Part shown: positions 32,038 through 42,878 of the stretch, piece by piece
Position numbering within the stretch: position 1 is the stretch's first letter
Layout of the letters: each line of letters opens with the position of its first letter
Assembly (NCBI GenBank): GCA_963813715.1
Contig: CAWFAK010000008.1
Coordinates: forward strand, 602,585 to 666,584
Direction: 5' to 3'
DNA from: an uncultured Planctomycetaceae bacterium
GTDB taxonomy: Bacteria; Planctomycetota; Planctomycetia; Planctomycetales; Planctomycetaceae
DNA: 64,000 nt
The notes under the pieces: generated by a model
Told to the model about the DNA's origin: nothing
Seen by the model: only the letters and a program-made list of their open reading frames with translations
The model's database searches: none
Translations under genes and position numbers: made by a program

Positions 32038-33663
32038 TCAGAGGACCGATTTGACCTTGGCCAGGAAGTCGGCGTTGGTGGGGAACCGCTGCAGCGTCTT
32101 GATGAGCTGCTCCATCGCTTCAACCGGGCTCATCGCCACCAGGCTGCGACGCAACATCACGATGCTCTCGAGCGCTTCGGGAGGCAGAATTTTCTCCTCG
32201 CGACGCGTGCCGGACAGGGTGATGTCGATCGACGGCCAGATGCGGCGGTCGGCCAGGTCCCGGCTGAGCACCATTTCCATGTTGCCCGTGCCTTTGAACT
32301 CCTGAAAGATCACCTCGTCCATGCGGCTGCCGGTGTCGATCAAGGCGGTGGCCGCCACAGTGAGCGAGCCGCCTTCGTCGAAGCGGCGGGCCGTTCCGAA
32401 CATTTTCTTCGGAATGTCCATCGCCTTGACGTCGAGACCGCCGGACATCGTGCGGCCGGTGTTGCCGACCCACTTGTTGAAGGCCCGCGCGGTTCGCGTG
32501 ATGCTGTCCAAGAGCACGAAAACGTCGCGTCCCGACTCGGAAATTCGCTTGGCCCGCTCCATGATGAGCTGGCTGGTGCGAACGTGGCTTTCGACGTCGC
32601 GGTCCATCGAAGAGGCGATGACTTCGCCGCGCACGTTACGGCGCATTTCGGTCACTTCCTCAGGACGCTCGTCGATCAGCAGCACGATCAGGTGCACTTC
32701 CGGGTGATTGCGGCTGACCGAGTCGGCAATCTGCTGCAGCAGAATCGTTTTGCCGGTCCGCGGCGGGGCCACGATCAGCGCCCGCTGACCCTTGCCGATC
32801 GGCGTGAGCAGGTCCATGACCCGCATGCTGATCGGCTGCGGCCCCGTCTCGAGCTTGATGTGCTCGAACGGATTGATGGCCGTCAGTCTCGTCGAAATGC
32901 TTGATCTTGGCGATATTCCTCGAGCGTGCGGCCGTCGACCGATTCGATCGATCCGCAAACGCGGGACCTTGCGAATTGGTGCCGGGGCCCGACGTCGCCG
33001 TGAATCAGCACACCCGGTCGCAGCTGATATTTCTCGATCAGCGAGCTGGAAACGAACGGGTCGGTTTCCTGGGCGGCATAGTCGCGCTTGATGTCGCGCA
33101 AGAAGCCGTAACCCTTGGGATGCAGCTCGAGCACGCCCTCAGCCGCGCCGGACACTTCCTGGCCGTTCGTGCGAACGGCCGGGCCGGAACGCATCTGGTT
33201 TTGCTGCATCGGCCGGGGGCCTCGGGGGCGATTGTTGCGGTTCTGGTGGTGCGGGAAATGACCGCCCCGTGGGCCACCGCCGCCGCCGCGATGCTGCTGG
33301 CTGGGTCCCTGGTCGTTGTAGCCACCCTCGTTCGGCCGACGACGACGTCGACGACGCCGACGGCGACGGGGCATTCCATTGGCGTCGTAATCGCCGCCTC
33401 CGCCTCCCCCACCGCCTCCGCTGTAGTGAGGCCGGTCGCCCCCTTGCGGGGCTGGGCCCGCCGAATCGACATCTGCTTCGGCAATATCGGGCTCGAAGTC
33501 GTCGGAGTGGTTGTCCCACGGCTTGACGGGATCATCCACGCCTGCGCCGAAGTCGTCCTCGTGGGACGGGGTTTCCTGGACGGGCTGTTCTTCCACAACT
33601 TCCGGCGCGGCGCGGCGTCCGGCGACGTCCCCTGGAGGGGGAACCGGAACTTTGTTCGGTCAT
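32038..33663 (-). CDS. rho: Transcription termination factor Rho with a low-complexity N-terminal region (several frameshifts)
   Basis: GYGFLR, PIGKGQR, PPRTGKT, IDERPEEVT, LDSITR, FKGTGNME and SGTRREE motifs; start ATG 33663 or GTG 33596. Confidence 0.93.
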
Positions 33664-34558
33664 TCGCAAATCCAAAGAGAAAGGTTCGGCCAATTTCCTA
33701 GGCCGAAAAAACAGGGGCATCTCGAGTCCATCCGGTTCGCACCAGACATCGACCCAAGGAACAAGTTTCCATCGAGACCGATCGTTTCCGGATTCAATTC
33801 AATGACCGGAAACAACCCTCAGGCCCGCGCGAATTCTTGCGGTGGGACGCAATTTGAGGATCGCAAACGTGACCCTGAATCGGCGACGCCGAGTCGGCCT
33901 GGTTGGCGTTGATCCTTCGACCAAAGCACGTGGCCTTGATCGTCCGAGCAATGCAAAAAGGCTGCCAGCGAGCGCTCAAATTCTTCGCTATCCCCACGCG
34001 CTCTCGTCTCGCGTGATCGCAGAAAACTGCTTTTGCGGCCGCCCGGAACTTTAAAACTGGCGGCACGCACTGCTTATTTCGTGCTGACGATTGGGCATCG
34101 TCTGTCGCAATTCGGGCGGATGGGATCCGCCGGATTGCCGGTATTCCGGGTCGGGCCGCTGGTTCGGCTGACCCGCGTGCCTCGAAACAGTGCCGGACGG
34201 TTCTGGATCCCTACAATCCGACCGTGCGAGCGAGCCGATTCGAGGCAGCAATCGTCCGGCAGTGTGCGCCGGACCTTGTCTTTTCCAAACGAGTCCATCG
34301 AGAAAAACGGGCCGCCCTGACACCGCGATTCCCGCACGTGCAATCTGGGCTCAGAAAGCCGAGGAAGGCACGTATTGGGCTGACGGATTCGTCACTTAGC
34401 CCGAAAGCCAAAACGGTGGGCCACCGTGACGCGAACTTCCACAAGCGGGGAAGTCACTTAGCCGGTGAGTCGCTGCCTTTTGGTTGCTCGTTCCGCAGAA
34501 GTCATCGGGGGAAAAAGCAAACAGTTCTAGGAGGCCAGCGGGCTCCAATGCTGCCCCT

Positions 34559-34586
34559 ATCATAGCTTCTGGCGGGTTTGTGTCAA
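34559..34586 (-). promoter_or_regulatory. Sigma70-type promoter facing rho (TTGACA-N16-TATGAT)
   Basis: Near-consensus -35 (34586-34581) and -10 (34564-34559). Confidence 0.7.
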
Positions 34587-34715
34587 TTCATTCTCTTTTG
34601 ACGCCTGCGAAGAAATCGCCGAATCCGAGCCGGTCGTGCGGAACGTCCCGTAACAGGCCTCCCAACGTCCGTCACTCACATGGCTTCTGCCACGGCCAGG
34701 CGACCGGCGGCGGCG

Positions 34716-35711
34716 CTAGTCCAGACGCTTGCCCTGCAGGTCGTCGATGTTCAAAACGTGCTTGGTTCTCACGAACCGATCGGGATCTTCGCGGAAGGTT
34801 TGCCGCGACTTTTCACTGACGAACAGGTACAGCTCGCCGTCGAAGAACGCGGCATAACGGATGTCTCCGGAGACCGCGCGGTCCGCAATATCCAGGATCA
34901 CCGGATCGCAGCCGAGGACCTGCGGAGCGTAGCGATCGGGGCCGTCTTTGAACAGCTGCAATTCCTCGGCCGACGTCATGTAGTACGTGACCCCTTTGTG
35001 CTCGTACTTCCAATGATCGTCACCCCGCATCCATTTGCGGTCGCCCACCAGCGCGACCGGGCTGAACCCACGGAGGCCGAGCGACGCACCCGCATGCCGT
35101 AGCGGGCCGGGATGTCCCACGCCCGGCGGGGACGCGGACGCAATCATCGGTCGATCTTCGATTGTGCGTCGGACCGGATTGGGAGCGATGGGGGCTGGAG
35201 TCGGCCGAGATAGGGGCGCCGGTTCGCGAAGGGCGGGCTTGGACTGCATCGCGATATGGGTCTTATGCGTCTGGGCGAATCGCGAGTCGATCCGCGCGAT
35301 CAGCGAAACATAACGCTCGCGATCCCGCATCCCCGACGAGCGGTCCATCACGAAGCCGCTGGGGTCGAGGAAAATGTCCGTCGGCAGCGATTCGACGCCG
35401 AACCGTTGAATCAGGTCGGGGCGCTCATCGGCGTCAACTTTGACGGCGACGACGGACACGTCGAGTTGCCGGAGCACCGACGGATCGCCGAGGACGTCGC
35501 GGTTCATGATCTGGCAGGGACCGCACCATTTCGCGTGGAAGTGCACGAGCAGCGGCCGGTTGAGCCGCCGGGCTTCGGTTTCGGCCGAGCGAAAATCATG
35601 TTTCCAGGTCGGCGAGCCGTATTCCGTCCCCACGGCGAACGAGGTGGCCGTGGACACTGCGCAAAAGAAGACACTCCAGAATTTGAGAGACTGCATTCGC
35701 AGCGCCTTCAT
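34716..35711 (-). CDS. Secreted thioredoxin-family protein with a C-terminal YHS-like region
   Basis: Signal peptide, WCGPC, SLPT; GFSPV..W..G..Y..F..P.RYAP repeated twice. Confidence 0.85.
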   Translation of the reverse strand: MKALRMQSLKFWSVFFCAVSTATSFAVGTEYGSPTWKHDFRSAETEARRLNRPLLVHFHAKWCGPCQIMNRDVLGDPSVLRQLDVSVVAVKVDADERPDLIQRFGVESLPTDIFLDPSGFVMDRSSGMRDRERYVSLIARIDSRFAQTHKTHIAMQSKPALREPAPLSRPTPAPIAPNPVRRTIEDRPMIASASPPGVGHPGPLRHAGASLGLRGFSPVALVGDRKWMRGDDHWKYEHKGVTYYMTSAEELQLFKDGPDRYAPQVLGCDPVILDIADRAVSGDIRYAAFFDGELYLFVSEKSRQTFREDPDRFVRTKHVLNIDDLQGKRLD

Positions 35712-36093
35712 GAAGCAGAGATTTCGAGTGAACTTCGCCCCAGGACGAACGGCAGGCCGTCGGAATGGACGCCAAGAAACCGCCGAAGGGAGAGCTGGGC
35801 GGGCCCGCTACGACCGGGACGATTTGGCTCTATCTCTAGTATCGAACCGATTCCCTGCGGCAGATGCTGCCAGTGGGGTGGGTCGGACCAAATCTGGTCG
35901 GAGACTTTAGGGCAAATTCGGCACTTGACGGCGCGAAATGTCAAAGCCGAGAAGAGTTGGCGGATTTTCCGTGCGAAGGGGCGCCGGCGCTGCGTTTGCC
36001 GGACGCGGTCAGTGGCGAGCTAGACCGGCGTGTCGCGGGGAACCGGAGAACCGATCGTACGGCTGCAGCCTGCAGGAAGGGGTCGCTCGCGGG

Positions 36094-38035
36094 TTAGACG
36101 TCGAGGTCGTCGGCGAACGACGCCTCTTCCATGATCACCCGATAGCGTTCGGACGCGTCTTTTCCCAAGAGCTGAGAGAACGTTTTGTCCGTTTCCACCT
36201 GACTTTCGATCTCCGCCTGCAGGAGCACGCGGGCCTTCGGATCGAGAGTCGTTTCCTTGAGCTGCTTGGCGTCCATCTCGCCCAGACCCTTGAAACGGTA
36301 GACCTCGAATTTGCGATGACTGCCGAGCCGCAGCAGGATCTCTTCCTTGGCGGCATCGTCCTGCGCGTAAAAGGTCTCGCTCGAGGTCACAATGCGGTAG
36401 AGGGGCGGCTGGGCGATGAAGAGTTTGCCCTGTGAGATCAGCTCGCGCATGTGGCGGAAGAAAAAGGTCAAAAGCAGCGTGCAGATGTGATAGCCGTCGC
36501 TATCGGCGTCCATCAGCAGGATCACGCGGCCGTAGCGGAGTTTGTGGATGTCGAACTGCGCTCCGATACCCGTGCCGAGCGCTTCGATCAGATCCTTCAC
36601 TTCTTGATTTTCGAGAATCTTACTGAGGGACAGGGCCTCGGTGTTGAGGATTTTCCCGCGCAGCGGGAGTACGGCCTGCGTGCGGTTGTCGCGGCCCATC
36701 GCTGCTGTGCCGCCGGCCGAGTCTCCTTCGACGATGAACAGCTCCGTCTTCGCCGAGTCGGTCTGCCGGCAGTCGAGCAGCTTGCCGGGAAGATTCGTGC
36801 GGCGGGAACCGGGCGACTTGCGGCGAACTTCGCTGGCGGCGTCGCGACTGGCGAGCCGTGCCCGCGCAGCCAGCACGATGCGGCCGATGATCGCGTCGGC
36901 GATCGAGGGATTGTTGTTGAGCCACGTTTCGAGCCCCGGCCGCACAATTCCTTCGACGAGGCCGGTTAACTCAGGATTGTTGAGTCGCTCCTTGGTCTGC
37001 CCCTGGAACATGGGGTCCGGATGGAAGACCGAGAGGACGCCGATGGCCCCTTCGCGGACGTCCTCGCCCGTGATACTCAGGCCTTTGTGCTTGATGTCAT
37101 GCACTTCGAGGTAGCTGCGGACTGCCCGCACGATGCCGTTGCGGAAGCCGTTCTCGTGCGTGCCGCCGGCGTGCGTGCGAATGCCGTTGACGTAGCTGCG
37201 AATATTTTCGTCGGTCGACTCGCTCCAGCGAAGGACGACTTCGATCCGCGTGGTCCCTTCGTCTTTTTCGGTCGCGTAAATCTGCTCGTGGCTGGGACGC
37301 TTCTGGCTCTCGGTCGTCAGTTTTTCGAGGAAGCCGGCAATTCCCTCCGGGTGCACGAAGTCGATTCGCTCGTTCTTCGCCTCGTCGACAAGCGTGATCC
37401 GCAGGCCGCCATGAATGTAAGTGATGTCTTCGAGATGAAGGCGGATCGTCTCGACGTTGAACTGCACGCGGCGAAAGATCTCGTCGTCGGGCCGGAAGAA
37501 GATGCTCGTGCCGTGCCCGCGGAAAGGGCGAACCTTTTTCACTTCGGTGGTCGGTTTGCCCCGCTTGTAGCGCTGGCTCCATTCGTAGCCGTCGCGATGG
37601 ACGGTCGCCTCCAGCTCGATCGATAGCGCGTTGACCACCGACGCGCCGACGCCGTGCAAGCCGCCGCTGCGGAGGTAGTTTTTGTCCGAGAATTTGCCGC
37701 CGGCGTGCAGCGTCGTGAGGATGACTTCGAGTGCCGACTTCTTGATCTTCGGGTGCTTGTCGACGGGAACGCCGCGGCCGTTGTCGCTGACGGTGATCGA
37801 CGTGCCATCTTTATGCAGTGTGACCGAAATGTGATCGGCCGCCTCGGCCAAATATTCGTCGACAGAGTTATCGACAATTTCCCACAGCAAGTGGTGCAGG
37901 CCCCGCGCATCGACGCCGCCGATGTACATCGACGGACGCCGCCTGACGGCCTCGAGCCCTTCGAGCACCTCGATGTCGGCCGCGGCGTAATTTCCGCTCG
38001 GCTTGAGGCGCGTTGTTCTTGGATCCAGTCGCCAC
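36094..38035 (-). CDS. parE: Type IIA topoisomerase B subunit, topo IV ParE-like (N-terminal frameshift ~38000)
   Basis: IEVLEGLEAVRRRPSMYIG, EIVDNSVDE, GGLHGVG, EGDSA, PLRGKILN, DADSDG and RFKGLGEM motifs. Confidence 0.85.
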
Positions 38036-38040
38036 TCGCC

Positions 38041-40506
38041 CTAACCCTTCGTCGCAGGTTTTTCTTCAAATTGGTCCCAGTCCACCAATTGGATCGGCGG
38101 CGGGACGATCTCTTTGAATCCAGTCCGAGTGCTGGTCTTGATGCCTTTGCCGCCCCGGGCCGTGACGCCGTATTTCATTTGTCCAAAGCTGAGCGGCTTG
38201 TCGTTGTCGTTGATGACGTGCAGGCAGTCCGACGGGCGGGCCAGCTGAATCGCGCCCAGCACTTCGTCGTCGGGTGCCAGCTTGATTCCCCGTACGCCCT
38301 TGCCGGGTCCACCGAGAATCGGCACGTCGCCGATCTTGAAGTGGATCACGCGGGCGTCGCGAGTGGCCAGAAACATCGTCTCCCCCTCGCTCACCAGCTC
38401 GACGAAGATCACGCGATCTTTCTCGCGGAGCCGGCAATAGCGGCGGCCGGCCTTCGTCGACGGAGCCCGAAACGCGCTGAACGAGAGTTGCATCACCTGG
38501 CCGAGACGTGTCGCGATCAGCAAATAGGGCCGCGGCGGCTGATTCTTGCGGACGACCCCGTCGGCGGCCGTGAACCGCGGATCGGTGCTCGTCGCCCAGA
38601 TCGGCCGGGCGCCATCGCCCACGCGGACAAGTTTGGAGATCGGATCGCCGTAACCCGACGACGCCGGAACCTGGTCGATCGGCAGCGTGAACGCCACGCC
38701 GTCGCTGGAGAAGACGACCACGTTTTCCAGCGTACTCCCGGGAACGACGGCCAGCACGGCATCGCCGTCGCGGACCCGTGTGCTCTCGACCTTCTGCAGC
38801 CGGCCGACGCGCTTGAGCCAGCCGTCGCGGGTGAGCACGACGTTCGTGTTCTCGCGGACGATATAAGCCTGCGGATCGAACTCGGTGACCTCTTCTTCGG
38901 AGCCGATGGCCGTGCGGCGATCGTCTCCGTATTTCTCGGCGATCTCCTCGAGCTCGGTTTCGACGACTTTCCACAAGCGGGCCTTCGAGGCGAGGATCTT
39001 GCGAATCGACTCAGCCTCAGCCCGCTTTTCCTTCAGCTCCTCGAGAATGCGATCGATTTCCAGCGTGGAGATGCGGTACAAGGCCAGCTCGAGGACCGCT
39101 TCCGTCTGCTCTGCGTCGAGCGGGAAAGCCTTCATCAGTTTCTCGGCCGCGTCCTGCTTTCCCGAGCTGCCGCGAATGATTTTGAGGGCCAGGTCGAGTC
39201 CCTTGAAGATGATCGCAAAGCCTTCGAGCACGTGAATGCGACGCTCGAGCTGACGCAGCTGGTACTCGAACCTCCGCGTCACCGTCTTGAAGCGGAAGTC
39301 GAGGAAGTGACGCAGCAGCTCTCTCAGGCTGAGACGCGCTGGGACGAGGGCCCCGTGTTCGTCGGGCACCAGGCAGGTCGTGTTGAAGGCGAAATTCTGC
39401 TCGAGCGAGGTGTGGCGATACATGTACGCCATGATGGCCTCGGGGTCCGCCCCCGGCTTGATTTCGAGCGTCAGTCGGAGCGGGTGCTTTTCGCTGCTTT
39501 CGTCGGCGACGCTCACCAGCTGCGGCAGCTTCCGCGCGTTGATGATGTCGCCGATCGCCGTCAGCAGCGGCCCCGTCTCGACGCCGTAGGGAACGGACGA
39601 CAACACGATCCGCGTGGTCGCCTCGGACTTGCGATCCTTCTCCAGCTTCCATTCGCCGCGGACTTTGATCGAGCCGCGCCCTTCTTCATACGCTTCGCGG
39701 ATCGAACGGCGATCGGTGACGATGCGGCCGCCGAGCGGAAAGTCGGGGCCTTTCACGTATTTCATCAGCTGCGCCACGGTGGCGTCGGGCTCGTGGATCA
39801 GGTGGACGCAGGCTTTGACTGCTTCCCGCAGATTGTGTGGCGGGATGTTCGTCGCCATGCCGACGGCGATCCCCTGCGTGCCGTTGACGAGCAGGTTCGG
39901 GAACCGCGCGGGGAGGACGATCGGTTCTTGTTTCGACGCGTCGTAGGTCGCGCGCGTATCGATCGTCTCGAACCGCAGCTCGTTCATGAGCTGGTCGGCC
40001 ACCGCCGTCAGCTTCACTTCCGTGTAGCGGGCGGCGGCCGCGGGCAGCCCGATGATCGAGCCGAAGTTCCCTTGGCCAATCACCAGTGGATAGCGGAGGC
40101 TGAAATTCTGGGCCATCCGCACGAGAGCGTCGTAAACGGCCATGTCGCCGTGCGGGTGGTAGTTGCCCGTGGTATCGCCGCAAACCTTGGCGCTTTTGCG
40201 AGTTTTCGCATTAGCCGTCAGCCCCAGATCGTGGTGCATGACGTACAAAATGCGGCGCTGCACGGGTTTCAGACCGTCGCGGGCGTCTGGCAGAGCCCGC
40301 GACGTGATGACGGAGAGCGCGTAATTGAGGTATCTGCGGCGAGTTTCCTGGCTGAGCGAGACGTACGTGATCTGGTCGCCGTCGTCCCCGTTTGCCCCGT
40401 TGTTTCCGGTGCCGGGCCGGCGAGCGGGCGGGCTACCGGCGTTGGCGTCGGCGTCCGGATTGGACGCCGACGGATCGCCGGCTGATCGAGATCCCTTCTT
40501 GGACAA
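38041..40506 (-). CDS. parC: Type IIA topoisomerase A subunit, topo IV ParC-like
   Basis: RALPDARDGLKPVQRR, YHPHGD, catalytic AAARYTE; no GyrA-box at the start of the CTD. Confidence 0.85.
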   Translation of the reverse strand: MSKKGSRSAGDPSASNPDADANAGSPPARRPGTGNNGANGDDGDQITYVSLSQETRRRYLNYALSVITSRALPDARDGLKPVQRRILYVMHHDLGLTANAKTRKSAKVCGDTTGNYHPHGDMAVYDALVRMAQNFSLRYPLVIGQGNFGSIIGLPAAAARYTEVKLTAVADQLMNELRFETIDTRATYDASKQEPIVLPARFPNLLVNGTQGIAVGMATNIPPHNLREAVKACVHLIHEPDATVAQLMKYVKGPDFPLGGRIVTDRRSIREAYEEGRGSIKVRGEWKLEKDRKSEATTRIVLSSVPYGVETGPLLTAIGDIINARKLPQLVSVADESSEKHPLRLTLEIKPGADPEAIMAYMYRHTSLEQNFAFNTTCLVPDEHGALVPARLSLRELLRHFLDFRFKTVTRRFEYQLRQLERRIHVLEGFAIIFKGLDLALKIIRGSSGKQDAAEKLMKAFPLDAEQTEAVLELALYRISTLEIDRILEELKEKRAEAESIRKILASKARLWKVVETELEEIAEKYGDDRRTAIGSEEEVTEFDPQAYIVRENTNVVLTRDGWLKRVGRLQKVESTRVRDGDAVLAVVPGSTLENVVVFSSDGVAFTLPIDQVPASSGYGDPISKLVRVGDGARPIWATSTDPRFTAADGVVRKNQPPRPYLLIATRLGQVMQLSFSAFRAPSTKAGRRYCRLREKDRVIFVELVSEGETMFLATRDARVIHFKIGDVPILGGPGKGVRGIKLAPDDEVLGAIQLARPSDCLHVINDNDKPLSFGQMKYGVTARGGKGIKTSTRTGFKEIVPPPIQLVDWDQFEEKPATKG

Positions 40507-40928
40507 CTCACCCTCCTAGACGCCGACTCACCTCGCGGGCCACTGATTGAGTATGGCGGCGGCGGCGGACTTGGCAATTTGGCCGGATTTTAGCGATTGC
40601 ACCGGCGAAGTGCAGCGCCCGATCGCAGAGGTGGTTTTGGTCCCCCCAAGAATTGCCCGGCGATTATGCATTTCCTGCCTGGCGAGCGAGCCCGTTTGTG
40701 GCGGCGGCTTAGCGATTTTTCCGGTTGTAAGGTTTAACCGGGACGTCGATTCCTGGGGCACGACCGCTCCCGCCGTTACGGCCCGAAAAACTGATTCGTG
40801 CGATTCGATTCACCCGAATCTTGTATTGCTCACGTGAGGACAGATCGCCCTCGCCCGGACGGCCTGTGCATGGATGTTACTCGCCTCCGAGCGTGACGGC
40901 CGAGTGGAAATGATTCAGGGAGGAATCG

Positions 40929-41582
40929 ATGGTCCGTACCACGCTTCGAGCGGCTGCCTGCACGGCGATCGTGTCGGCGTTTTCGCTCAATTGCTGCTTC
41001 GCTCAGTCTGACTCGGCGTCTCTCTCTCCGGCGGCCAGCGCGCCGGCCTCAGCTGCAAGCCGGAGAGTTTCCTCCCAGCCCGAGGCGGTCCCCAATCCGC
41101 CGGGTTATGCCTACGACCGGACGGTCCAGCAGACCGGCGGCGACGTGCAACACAACGTGGTGGTGCATGCGGCCGGCCCGGTTCCCGCTCCGCTCTATTT
41201 GCCACCCACGGCGCCCAACATTACGCCGAACGGCTACCCGTCGTTGAACGCTCCGATGTATCCGTGTCCGCTGCCGTACATCCCGTACCAGGTCGGCGCC
41301 ACGTTCATCACCAACCAAGCGTTCGATCCGCACGAGATGCTGTACCCGCACACGTATCGCTCGCTCTATCCCCCGTACTACTACGAAGTCTCCGGGGCGT
41401 GGAAGGTCTTTCCCTGGGGCGTCGGCCAGACCGAACACTGGAAACTGCGTGGCACGTACGTCTCGGTGAAATACCACTCGTCGTGCGGCCTGTTCAGCGG
41501 TTGGTGCCCGCCGGCTCTGCCGAAGAGCGGCAATCCGCCCTTGTGCCAGACCTGGTCCGGCCAGCGGTGGAGCGAAGAGTAG
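40929..41582 (+). CDS. Secreted Pro/Tyr-rich hypothetical protein (cluster gene 1)
   Basis: GGAGG RBS, signal peptide, aromatic-rich C-terminal domain. Confidence 0.8.
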   Translation: MVRTTLRAAACTAIVSAFSLNCCFAQSDSASLSPAASAPASAASRRVSSQPEAVPNPPGYAYDRTVQQTGGDVQHNVVVHAAGPVPAPLYLPPTAPNITPNGYPSLNAPMYPCPLPYIPYQVGATFITNQAFDPHEMLYPHTYRSLYPPYYYEVSGAWKVFPWGVGQTEHWKLRGTYVSVKYHSSCGLFSGWCPPALPKSGNPPLCQTWSGQRWSEE

Positions 41583-41688
41583 TGCGCCGCCTCGAATTGC
41601 CTTGCTGACGCGTGCCGACGGCAGTTGGCACGCAGTCGGCAAGCGACCTCGCCTGTTCGCCGCGATTTGCACTCAGAAAGCTTCTGTT

Positions 41689-42099
41689 ATGACGACCCCT
41701 TACTCCAAAGCGCTGTCGACGATCGTCTGTATCGGTGCTCTGGCCGGCCTGGCCCTGAGCACGGCTCACGCCGGCGACTGCGAAAGCGATCGCGTCCTGC
41801 AGTACTACGAGCGTTGCTACGGCCCAAACGGTTACTGCATCAGCTGCGATCGGTGTTGCCGAAATGCGCAGGCCAACTGCCCCGACGAAAATGCTTGTTG
41901 CTGCCAGCGGAGCTGCTGCTACCGAAAGCTGACCCAGTTTTTCGGCCCCGGCAGTTGTCCGCCGTCCCGCTTCTGGGACATCTGTGTGTATCGAGCCTGT
42001 TTTCCGATGAGTCCTTGGTATTCCAACCCGCGAGACGGGATTCACTACCCCGCCTACGGATCGAAGTCACCGGGCTGCATGCCGGCTAGAAACTACTAG
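41689..42099 (+). CDS. Secreted Cys-rich hypothetical protein (cluster gene 2)
   Basis: Signal peptide ending AHA; 16 Cys in the mature part; PWYSNPRD motif. Confidence 0.75.
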   Translation: MTTPYSKALSTIVCIGALAGLALSTAHAGDCESDRVLQYYERCYGPNGYCISCDRCCRNAQANCPDENACCCQRSCCYRKLTQFFGPGSCPPSRFWDICVYRACFPMSPWYSNPRDGIHYPAYGSKSPGCMPARNY

Positions 42100-42146
42100 A
42101 GCGATGCACGGCGGCTCGCGGCCTCTCAGAAAGTTCAGGGAAGAAC

Positions 42147-42803
42147 GTGATGTTCACACGCAATAAAATTGCCCTCCCCGCTATGGCGATCGCCCAGACG
42201 ATCGCCGCACAAATCACCCGCAAGTCCGAACTCCTGACGGCCGCCGCCGTATGCGGATTGCTGCTCTGCGGCAACGCCCGCGGTGAAGACTCGCCAGGAG
42301 CGATGCGGATCAGCGCGGCGACCACCGACCAGGCCACTCCGGCGCCTGCTCCCGACGCGGCCCCTGTCGGCCGTGTCGGCTTGGGACACGGCGAAGCCTG
42401 CGACGGCGCCGCCTGCAACGGCGCTTGCGGACCGGCGCAGTCGCACTGCGGCATCTGGCACACCTGCCTCTGTGGCGGTCCGGACCACGGCTACGGCTGC
42501 CGGTTCCTCGACTATCACTGCTACACGATGACCTACCCGGTCAACCCGTGGTACTACGATCCGCGCGACACGCGGGTCTACGCAGCCGTCGGTTTCGGCG
42601 CGCCGATGACGGTTCCCCTGGCTCCGACCGTGCAGACGCAGGTCAACTACGGATGGGGCATTCCGGCCAGCCGTATCACGCCGATCTCGCGAGTTGCGTA
42701 CCAACCCGGCGCGATGATGGGCGCGATGGCTCCGCTGGCCGCGCCCTACGGTGCCCCGGCCGCGCCAGTTCCCCCCGTGATGCCCACTGCTGCTCCTCGT
42801 TAA
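42147..42803 (+). CDS. Secreted Pro/Tyr/Cys-rich hypothetical protein (cluster gene 3)
   Basis: Signal-like N-terminus; CDGAAC and PWYYDPRD motifs. Confidence 0.8.
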   Translation: MMFTRNKIALPAMAIAQTIAAQITRKSELLTAAAVCGLLLCGNARGEDSPGAMRISAATTDQATPAPAPDAAPVGRVGLGHGEACDGAACNGACGPAQSHCGIWHTCLCGGPDHGYGCRFLDYHCYTMTYPVNPWYYDPRDTRVYAAVGFGAPMTVPLAPTVQTQVNYGWGIPASRITPISRVAYQPGAMMGAMAPLAAPYGAPAAPVPPVMPTAAPR

Positions 42804-42878
42804 CGGTTTAAGACGAGCGCGAGTCGACAACCGCTTCGCCGATCGATCCGAATGCTCTTCGATTTCAGGAATCACGCG

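Noticed and set aside
37654..40485. 943-aa plus-strand ORF and similar long antisense ORFs (5107, 10752, 21146, 51277)
   Set aside because: Shadow ORFs opposite real genes, expected in high-GC DNA; no recognisable motifs.
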